From Promethearchaeota archaeon (GTDB taxonomy: Archaea > Asgardarchaeota > Lokiarchaeia > Sigyniarchaeales > SOKP01): a stretch of 12,689 bases of DNA. The position numbers were made by a program, and so were the translations under genes. Of the stretch, positions 1-8,200 are shown one piece after another. The notes under the pieces were generated by a model. That model was not told the origin of the DNA, made no database searches, and worked only from the letters and a program-made list of their open reading frames with translations. The DNA lies in contig JBHLNT010000118.1 of NCBI GenBank assembly GCA_048941265.1, forward strand, positions 1-12,689, written 5' to 3'. The first letter of the stretch is position 1; the number at the start of each line of letters is the position of its first letter.

Positions 1-1957
1 AGAATGGTAAAAGAGATATGTTAAATCGCTTAAAATTTCCTATTTTAGCAAAAATTTCAAACACAGATGCTCTAACAGAACTCGTTGGGTCTTTAATTAG
101 GGATTTAAGTCTAATAATTATATCAGAATTAAATTCTCCAATTTCCATATTTTTTAAGTTTTTAATTGCCGCAGCTCGTATTTCTCTATTAGAATGGCTT
201 ATTTTATTATTAATTAAATCAAGAGGTATTTTTTCAGAAGATTTAGCTAAAATATTTAGAGCTTCAACCTGTACTTGACTATCCGGATCGTTTACCAATT
301 TATTTAGATTTATTTTTGATATTAATCTAACGTTATTTTCAATCAACCTTGATAAAATCTTTAGTCCAACTAACTTTAATCTCCATTCTGAATCTTCAAT
401 TAAATCAAAAATTTCACGTTCTGGTAATTTCTTAATTAGAGTTAAGTTTGCTAAGACTAGTGATTGGGCAAAAGCCAAACTTTTGTCATAATTTGGAGAT
501 TTTAAAGATTCAATTATCCAAGGCAAAACGATATTTGGAGCGTCCTTTTCTAATTGGAGTAGTATTTTATAACAGATTTTTTTTGAATTGGGGTTAGGAT
601 CACATATCCCATCAATCAAAGTATTTTTATATTTCATATCGTTAAGATTTAGGTCTGCTTTTAGAGGTATTCTTTCATACATTAAGGTTAAAGTTTCTTC
701 AGCATATTTTCTTAATTTCTGGTTTTCACTTTTTATAAAATTGAATAGAGGGACCGGATCAAAAGTCTGCCCACATTCAGTTATAAGGGAATATTTGAGA
801 TTGGTGATAAATTCATTTCTTTTTGATAGAAAATAATAACTTGTAATTGAAATTAGAATAATTTCTTCTATTGCTGCAGTCCACGCAAATAATAAATAAT
901 TAGGAACTATTGAGTTTGTATAATTTGAAGCTACTAAAGTTTCCGATATTTTATCAACATTAACAATTAAAAAGTTAACAAATACATTTATACCTACAGC
1001 AGCCATTAAATATGCTGCGAAATAGATGTCAATACCCCGATATTTAATCATTCTGTTCCAAAAACGCGAGAAAAAACCAATAATTCCCATTGCAAGTGCC
1101 ACAAATACAAAACCGGCATAAGAATAAGTAGAAATTAATAAGGTTCCTGAAAAAAAGTAGGCTATCGTTTGAAACATAGATATCCAGGCCCATACAAACA
1201 CAAAGATCATTAATCCTAAAAGTATTCTTGGGGCAGGATCATTTAGAAATTCTTTCAGAGTTCTTTTGCTATCTTCAAAACCAAGAAATAAGGATCTTCT
1301 CATATTAGGTATATGGTAATATACATTAGTTATTCCCGCAATATATCCTTTGGAACCATAAAAAGTTAATATTAACAATGGATAAACGAGCATCCATGTA
1401 ATCCAAATCAATAGAAACGGTAAACCAATCAAAGAGAGAATGAGTGGTGGAAAAAAGAAAACTCCTAGAAAAAAACTCAGGGCAAAAATTACCCGCATTA
1501 ATTTATTGGTTGATTTATTGATAATTTTATCCCCTATAAATTTATGAAAGGGAGTTAATCCCTCATCTGATTCATCACTTAACGCTATAAATAAAAAATC
1601 AATTAAGGGATAGAATGAGATATACGCTAAACATATAATAAAAGGGATTAGAAAAAAATAAGGGTGAATTTTTGGAGGTTCAGTTTCACTAGTTTTCCAG
1701 AATTCTGGAGTTTTTATTGCGAAAATAAAAGCCATTGCTACCACAATCATTACGGCTAAGCTAAAAATTAAGCCAAAAACAATACATTGAAGTCTATCTT
1801 TAAGTTTAAACTCCCCTTTTAACACCAATGCGACTTGAGTATAAATCAATAACGTACCTATAATTAAAACAATAAAAAAAATAATTAGTAAAGCTATTGA
1901 AGCTCCATTTCCAAATGAAACCTCTGATAAGTTAGCTTGTAATATCAAGACTTTCAC
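1..1957 (-). CDS. Polytopic membrane protein (N-terminal ~380 aa) fused to C-terminal HEAT repeats; 3' end runs off the window
   Basis: Not in the ORF track because there is no stop in the window. Hand translation from GTG 1957 (or TTG 1948, MILQANLSEVSFG) was open in every segment I checked, and the same frame is open at position 1. There are many hydrophobic stretches (SIALLIIFFIVLIIGTLLIY, CIVFGLIFSLAVMIVVAMAFIFAI, ILSLIGLPFLLIWITWMLVYPLLILTFY). These are followed by HEAT-like units (LIEDSEWRLKLVGLKILSRL, LVNDPDSQVQVEALNILAK, LIKDPTSSVRASVFEIFAKI). Confidence 0.85.
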   Translation of the reverse strand, partial: MKVLILQANLSEVSFGNGASIALLIIFFIVLIIGTLLIYTQVALVLKGEFKLKDRLQCIVFGLIFSLAVMIVVAMAFIFAIKTPEFWKTSETEPPKIHPYFFLIPFIICLAYISFYPLIDFLFIALSDESDEGLTPFHKFIGDKIINKSTNKLMRVIFALSFFLGVFFFPPLILSLIGLPFLLIWITWMLVYPLLILTFYGSKGYIAGITNVYYHIPNMRRSLFLGFEDSKRTLKEFLNDPAPRILLGLMIFVFVWAWISMFQTIAYFFSGTLLISTYSYAGFVFVALAMGIIGFFSRFWNRMIKYRGIDIYFAAYLMAAVGINVFVNFLIVNVDKISETLVASNYTNSIVPNYLLFAWTAAIEEIILISITSYYFLSKRNEFITNLKYSLITECGQTFDPVPLFNFIKSENQKLRKYAEETLTLMYERIPLKADLNLNDMKYKNTLIDGICDPNPNSKKICYKILLQLEKDAPNIVLPWIIESLKSPNYDKSLAFAQSLVLANLTLIKKLPEREIFDLIEDSEWRLKLVGLKILSRLIENNVRLISKINLNKLVNDPDSQVQVEALNILAKSSEKIPLDLINNKISHSNREIRAAAIKNLKNMEIGEFNSDIIIRLKSLIKDPTSSVRASVFEIFAKIGNFKRFNISLLPF

Positions 1958-2066
1958 AGAATAATAAGGGATATTAATAATTTAATAGAAATTTTATTTC
2001 TCTTATTAAACTTAGTAATGTATATTAAATTAATTTATTTTATTAAATTCTCATGAGATAATTATT

Positions 2067-2639
2067 TTGAATAAAATCGAAGATGATTTTCTTGAATCAT
2101 TACAAAGAATTAATATTGTATTTAGGAATGAAGATATTTATGTAGAATGTATAAAAAATCACCCTGGTTTTTCAATTTTAGGAGAAAAATTAGGGCCATT
2201 TGAGAAAGGAAAAAAGTATAAGTTAAAATTCTTTTTAGTTGTTCCATTTATTAAAAACAATATATTAAAGGTAACATCTGAAAGCAAATGTGATAACGTG
2301 GATTTACAACGCTATGCTATAGAAGAAAGGGATGATCAAAAACTTATACAACGAGAGAATGAATATTTTTTAAATAAGATAAAGGAATTCCATCTTTTTT
2401 TAGAAAAGGATGTAATAGAAAATAATAAGCCTCAAAAATTTTTAGATGATTACAAATCTTACCATACTAGTGTTTTAGATTCTCGATTGTTAAAAATAAT
2501 GAGAATGGCTAAAAGTGATTTATCTGTAGAGGTTGAAAAGAGACTGGCGGCTTCTGAGCATCTTTTATATAACAATATTAATAAGATCGTTAATATCTGG
2601 AGAGAATTTTTTCTAAATTTAACTAGAATTAAAGAATAA
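2067..2639 (+). CDS. DNA replication GINS complex subunit, Gins23 (Psf2/Psf3-like, B-A domain order)
   Basis: 190 aa. The N-terminal beta domain pattern (VECIKNHPGFSILGEKLGPFEKGKKYKL) is followed by a helical domain with EERDDQKL, SRLLKIMRMA and LAASEHLLYNNINKIVNIWRE. This matches the archaeal Gins23 layout as recalled; no search was run. Confidence 0.75.
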   Translation: MNKIEDDFLESLQRINIVFRNEDIYVECIKNHPGFSILGEKLGPFEKGKKYKLKFFLVVPFIKNNILKVTSESKCDNVDLQRYAIEERDDQKLIQRENEYFLNKIKEFHLFLEKDVIENNKPQKFLDDYKSYHTSVLDSRLLKIMRMAKSDLSVEVEKRLAASEHLLYNNINKIVNIWREFFLNLTRIKE

Positions 2640-2656
2640 ATATATTTTATGTATGA

Positions 2657-3346
2657 TTAGGTTAGTTTGATTTCAAAGATACCATACTTTTTAAAATACT
2701 TTTCAACATTTTTCGCTATTTCTATACCTGGTTTATCTTTTTCATAAGCCTTAGGCAATAATTCGAATGCATTACTCATTGGATAGAAATCAATATTTTT
2801 TTCCTCAATGGCTTCTTTAACACTTTTTCCATCATCCCTAATTTCGTTTCTATCTGTTAATCCTATTGTGCCTATGATTTCAACTTTAAATGATAAAAGT
2901 TTCTCAATTGTTTCAATTAATGAGCCTCCAGTTGTAAGCGTATCTTCAAGAATAATAGTTTTCCCCTTTGGAAAACCTAGATAAAATTTATCTTTTGGAT
3001 CACCATGTTCTTTAGGTTTTGCTCTTCCCATTGATAAACTATAGATTCCTTTATTATAATCAGGTTGCTTTTTAGCCCATTTAAATTGAGTAATTATGCC
3101 TAATTTTGTTGCTCCTTCTGGAACTCCATAAAAACAATCCGGTTTTAATCCTATACTCTCAACGAAAGAGATGAGATAATCAGTTAATTTATCTAATAAA
3201 AATACGTCCTCAGATATATTTCTCCAATTCACGTACCAATAAGATGCTCTGCCAGATTTTAATTTTAAAGGTTCTTTAAAAAATCCAATTATCTCATTTT
3301 CAACAATAAAACTATAAAATGAGTCTTTTTGTTTTTCCCAATTCAT
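2657..3346 (-). CDS. pyrE: Orotate phosphoribosyltransferase
   Basis: LKSGRASYWYVN motif, RAKPKEHG catalytic loop and the PRPP-binding motif TIILEDTLTTGGSL. Confidence 0.92.
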   Translation of the reverse strand: MNWEKQKDSFYSFIVENEIIGFFKEPLKLKSGRASYWYVNWRNISEDVFLLDKLTDYLISFVESIGLKPDCFYGVPEGATKLGIITQFKWAKKQPDYNKGIYSLSMGRAKPKEHGDPKDKFYLGFPKGKTIILEDTLTTGGSLIETIEKLLSFKVEIIGTIGLTDRNEIRDDGKSVKEAIEEKNIDFYPMSNAFELLPKAYEKDKPGIEIAKNVEKYFKKYGIFEIKLT

Positions 3347-3475
3347 GAGGAATTTAATTTACCTTTTAATCTAAAATTATATTATTAAATAACTAATATT
3401 AAAGTGAGATATTAGCAGTTCTTAAAAATAAAATATTTGAAAGATTTATATTAAAAAGGTAATTTTCTTAAATTT

Positions 3476-3994
3476 TTAGTCCTTTAGCGTTAGATACTCT
3501 CGTCTTGCTTTAGCATATTCCTCTCCACTAATATTTCCCGCTAGAAATTGTTTTTCTTTTTCTCGCATGATAGTTCTTTTCTTAGCAAGTTCTTTTCTCT
3601 TTTCTGCCTTTTGAAAATTATTTGATATCGATTCAGCAAGTTTTACTATATCCTTATTATTATTTTTACTTAATTTTTCCAAATAAGGTTTTATTGGCCT
3701 TGCCATCTCTATATTCTTCTTAGAAAGGTCTTCAATTCGTTGGAGAGCGAAAATTATTTCATCTTGATCATCACCCTCTAATACAGAGATTAATCGTGGA
3801 ATAGCTATATCCTTAAGGATTTCATCCAGATATTCTGATATTTCCTTTTCTACTTTATTATCTCCATATGTACCGAGCTGTTTATCCCTAATATATTCAA
3901 TAAACACAAGAGGTAATTCCACAGGCCAATCTTGCATTTTTTCCTTATTAATTAACTGAACTATACCACCGTCTTTTTTATGGAATATTCTCAT
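3476..3994 (-). CDS. Hypothetical protein (172 aa) with HEAT-like repeats and a C-terminal SHOCT-like motif
   Basis: Start moved from TTG 4015 to ATG 3994, which has AGGAGGT 6 nt upstream. HEAT-like segment AIPRLISVLEGDDQDEIIFALQRIEDL...PYLEKLSKNNNKDIVKLAESI; the C-terminus FLAGNISGEEYAKARREYL resembles SHOCT. Confidence 0.8.
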   Translation of the reverse strand: MRIFHKKDGGIVQLINKEKMQDWPVELPLVFIEYIRDKQLGTYGDNKVEKEISEYLDEILKDIAIPRLISVLEGDDQDEIIFALQRIEDLSKKNIEMARPIKPYLEKLSKNNNKDIVKLAESISNNFQKAEKRKELAKKRTIMREKEKQFLAGNISGEEYAKARREYLTLKD

Positions 3995-4000
3995 CCAATA

Positions 4001-4007
4001 ACCTCCT
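4001..4007 (-). promoter_or_regulatory. Shine-Dalgarno site (AGGAGGT) overlapping the top6A stop codon
   Basis: The minus strand reads ...ATA TAG GAGGT TATTGG ATG, so a strong SD lies 6 nt before ATG 3994. Confidence 0.75.
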
Positions 4008-5193
4008 ATATCCAATCCCCAGTTGATAATTTCTCTGGGATATATTGTTCGGTTAAAAATTCAAATCCGTGGGTGGAAAATGCCTGAATTTCAGCTTTTA
4101 CTTTTAATTTAAGAGCGAGATTTAGATCATCACGCCATTCCTTATTTTGCTTTACAAAATCTTCATTAAGCATATCTTTCGTTCTTTTGATATCTACTTT
4201 AGTCATGGGTAGTCTTACTTCATTTGGAATATTATATGCATCTAAATCTCTTGTCAGCACTCCTAATAGCTTTATGTTCGGCGTAGCAAGAAAAGGAGAT
4301 TCATAACTCAATCTTTTCGACCCTCGTAGATAAATTGAATGAATATAATGCCCATAAGGATCGCTATCAACTAAACTGAAAACGGGAAGATTTAATTCCT
4401 TAGTTAATCGCTTAAGAAACATCCTTACAGCAACATTTCCCACACCCTGAGCTGTTAGCAAGATACAGGGATACTTCCGCCAAAATCTTGCTTCTGCTAA
4501 TCTCATCATAGCCGCATCTTTTTCAATTACCAAAATAAATTCTGCATCTGATTCTAATATTTCAATATTATCAAGCATAGGCGAAATAGTCCACCCTCCA
4601 CTGCCTAATCCCTCAAGATCGATAATATCATTTCTATCTCTAATTCTAAGCCTTCCAACACAAGAACCTTTTGGTGCCGCAACTATGTGAGTAGCATTTC
4701 TTGTCGTATATAACATTGTGGCAACGTCTTCGATGCTTTTATCACTATTTTTCTGATCTCCAAAAAGTTTTACATCAGTATAGAAAATCTCACGCTTTGT
4801 AGCATGAATATCTTTAACTAACAGTTCATCAACAATTTCGAGTATTCTCATAAGCCTAGTCATGTCAGCTACACTGGTAAGGGAATGAAATTGTTTTTCC
4901 ATAATCTGTCTTCCGAGTAATAATAAGTCATTTTCCTCATCCCATATAATGTTTGAACTCGATCTAGATGGTAATTCTATGGTAGGTCTACCACTTGCAT
5001 AAATTTTTGCTATTACATTATCGATAAGTTCGTAGATTCTGTTTAATGTTTCCTTTTTGTTTAAATCATCAATTTTTATAGTATCTTCTGGAAGTGTAAT
5101 ATCTTTTTTTTCAGTTCTTTTTTCTAAATACTCTTGGAGTAGACTTTTTGTTGCTTTAAAATCCCAATTTTGACTTGTTTTCTTTTTAGCCAT
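4006..5193 (-). CDS. top6A: DNA topoisomerase VI subunit A (Spo11 family)
   Basis: Catalytic Tyr motif TKREIFYTD, TOPRIM motifs VIEKDA and DSDPYG, and C-terminal KAEIQA. ATG 5193 (MAKKK, 395 aa, 11 nt after the top6B stop) is preferred to the track's TTG 5223, which overlaps top6B. Confidence 0.96.
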   Translation of the reverse strand: MAKKKTSQNWDFKATKSLLQEYLEKRTEKKDITLPEDTIKIDDLNKKETLNRIYELIDNVIAKIYASGRPTIELPSRSSSNIIWDEENDLLLLGRQIMEKQFHSLTSVADMTRLMRILEIVDELLVKDIHATKREIFYTDVKLFGDQKNSDKSIEDVATMLYTTRNATHIVAAPKGSCVGRLRIRDRNDIIDLEGLGSGGWTISPMLDNIEILESDAEFILVIEKDAAMMRLAEARFWRKYPCILLTAQGVGNVAVRMFLKRLTKELNLPVFSLVDSDPYGHYIHSIYLRGSKRLSYESPFLATPNIKLLGVLTRDLDAYNIPNEVRLPMTKVDIKRTKDMLNEDFVKQNKEWRDDLNLALKLKVKAEIQAFSTHGFEFLTEQYIPEKLSTGDWI

Positions 5194-5204
5194 AATATAA
5201 ACAC

Positions 5205-8200
5205 TTAATTCTTTAATTTCCAATGTTTTTTACCCATTTTAACATCAACCATAACTTTTCCTTTCCGTTCTAGTTCTTTTAATTTGATCTGTAAAAATCT
5301 TGCATCCATCATATCTTTAATGCGTAATTTAAAAATTAGATGTTTTATAGTTTGCCATTCATCTGTCAAAGCATCTATCAAGCTCTCAGTGGTTATTACT
5401 GGTAAATGGGTTTGTATTGGTTTAGGAGGTTTAACAGAAGGTTTAGGTCTGGGAGGTGCCTCCCTTTTTGTAGCTTGCATTCGGGCCTTAGCAGTTTTTA
5501 GTTTTTCAGGTTCAAGAGGTTTAATTTCTGCTATTTTAATTTTTTCAGGTTTCTTCTCTTCTTCAAATTCTTTTTTCACTCCCTTAAGTTCATCCTGAAT
5601 TCTCCTAATTATCTCTTTTTTATTTATTTTAGACGGAAGTTCGATATCTTTTTCTTTACAATATACCCTCAATTCTTTCACAGTCCATTGATTGAAAGAA
5701 TCAACATCGGGCATTTCCTTTTTGGTAATAATTTCTTCTATAATTGTTAAATCTTTAGTAGGTGGCTTTTCTTCTACTTTAACTTCTTTCTTTTCTACTT
5801 TTTCCTCTTTTACTTCTAACTTCTCCTCATGTAGTTCAATAACTTTTGCTCCAACTTTTTTTGCTATTGGTTCTTGGATAACACTAGGAACAACTTTACC
5901 TCCAATCGCTTCTTTCATTAAATTTTGGAGTTCATTCTCATCAATCTGATTTTTATATTTCCCATCTCCTCGAGAAGCAATATTATATACACTTTTAACG
6001 AATTTTGGAATATATTTTTCAATTAAACTTGCTCGTTTTTCACTTTTACGTAGAGTTGCTTTTCGGTTAAGGTAAACCCTCAATCTGCGTCCAATTGCTT
6101 CAAGACAAAATTTAATTTCTCTTATTAAACCTTCATCATCTGCTAAAGCATTCTTAGATTGAGATTTAAACATTAAATGAACAAAAGGCCCTGAAACATT
6201 AACCAATAATCTTATTGGTCCTTTAGGTAAATTATTATCATAAGTATCTAATTTATAATTTTTCCAATTAACTGATTGAACTGCCTTAGTTATAGCACAA
6301 TCTGCACTATCTCTTAATTTAGGAGTTCTATTCACAAATCGAGATAAGACATCTCTAGATCGTTTTGGTACTTCAATCCGGTTTGAATATGCCATAACTG
6401 CTTCCACAACATAAGCTAGCCCTTTTCCACTTGTAGGAGGTCTTGTTTCAGCTGAAATAAAATCATCCTCTTTGGTATAACTTTCTAAAAAGTACTCGAA
6501 TACCGTACTATAACTCTCAGCAGTTTCCTCTGTATCTTCTTCTATAATATGGCCTATACTTTGTTTTACTTGATCTAAATCCAAACTCTCTTCTTTAATA
6601 TCGATGTTCTTTAAAATCTGAGTGCTAATATCGATAACTTCTTCTGAATCAACAGAAACGCTATTTAAAATTTCTTCAGAAGCATGTGAATCTTCTTGTA
6701 ATATTAAGGTTTTTTTATCATTCAGCAAAATATCAACTGTTTTACTAACTTCTTCGCTTGGTGTATCAAAATCATCCAAACTCTCTGAGACTCGTAAGCC
6801 TAAATCTTTGATTAAAGTATTTTCCAAGACGTTATCTCCTACTGGAATCGCAGTGTCTGTTGGTGGCGCCATATACTTAATTGATTTAAAAGCAAGAAAC
6901 AATGAATTAAATTGATCATTTGTTAGTTCTGCTGGTTTTACTTTGGCTAATTGGACTTGGTTAATTAAATCCTCGAATTCATTTCTATTTTTTAATTTCT
7001 TTAATTCGGTTAAACCATCTTGGTTATTTTTCAATAATTTATCGAAGTTTTCTTTAAGTTTATCCTTTTCTTTCCTAATTTCATCTACATCATCTAATAA
7101 TTTCTTTATCTCACCTTGAATTGATTTTTCGTCTTTTTTTGTCTCAACTTTATCTAATTGGTCATAATATTTTTTTATTTTTCGATTAATTTTTTCTCTA
7201 TTTTTGATTAATTGATTATATTTTGAAATTAAATCCCAATACTTGGATTTTAAATCATCAGATACGACCTCATAAACTATTAATTTATCTCGGGGTTTTT
7301 GAGACCTCCCATAGACTCTCTGTTCATAACGAATGAAATGAAAGGGATCACTTTTTTTTTCTGGAATGTTGGCAAATCCTGTACTAAGTATAAGAAGTTT
7401 AATTTTATCTTGCAAATCTCTTTCAGCTAAATCAATAATTTCTTTAGCTGTTTTAGAACTTACTCTAACAAAGTTATCTTTTAAAAATGAATTAATTGTA
7501 AGGTTTTCTGTTTTGATTAATAAATCTTGAAGGTCACCGATATTAGTCGAAGATGGATGAGGTAATGCATATTTAGGTTCTAAGGGAAATGAAGATACTT
7601 TTCTTGGATATATATGTTCTTCATTATAGGGATCAATGTAAATAATAGTGATGTGGGGATTCATTAAAGCTGTTTCTTTTATATAAGTGTCAACATAACC
7701 TCTAATATATTTCACATTTAGATAATGTAATTTTATATAAGTCCCATGAAGAAATGGGCAATCAACATCAGTAGGATTAATAAAATATTTTTTTTCATTT
7801 TTGGAAGTAGTAGAGAATTCTGAAACTGTGGCATACACATTATCTAATGATTTTGAGACTGCAACAATTGGTTTACCAGTTGTATTTTGCGAATCGCTGA
7901 ATGCACTAGGTGCTCCGAAACCCTGAGAACCCCGTGTTTGTTTTAATTGAGTGCTTTTACTGGAAGCGAGATATCTCCCAAATTTTCTTAAATCTACTTT
8001 TGACATCCCAGTCCCATTATCAAAAATTTCGAAAGTATAACTCATTACGTTCTTTTGACTTAATTCCAAGGTTAAAAAGGAAGCTGCTTCGGTTTCACTT
8101 ATGCGCATTATTACAATGGGTTCATCATCAATAATAGATTCTACAGGTTTAATAATTTCTTCCATATCGACAATAATTTTTATTACTTCCTCCTCTATCT

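Noticed and set aside
3359-3462. Imperfect inverted repeat TTACCTTTTAAT / ATTAAAAAGGTAA in the pyrE upstream region
   Set aside because: It is short, gapped and AT-rich, with no target-site duplication or second copy. That is too weak to call a MITE or operator.
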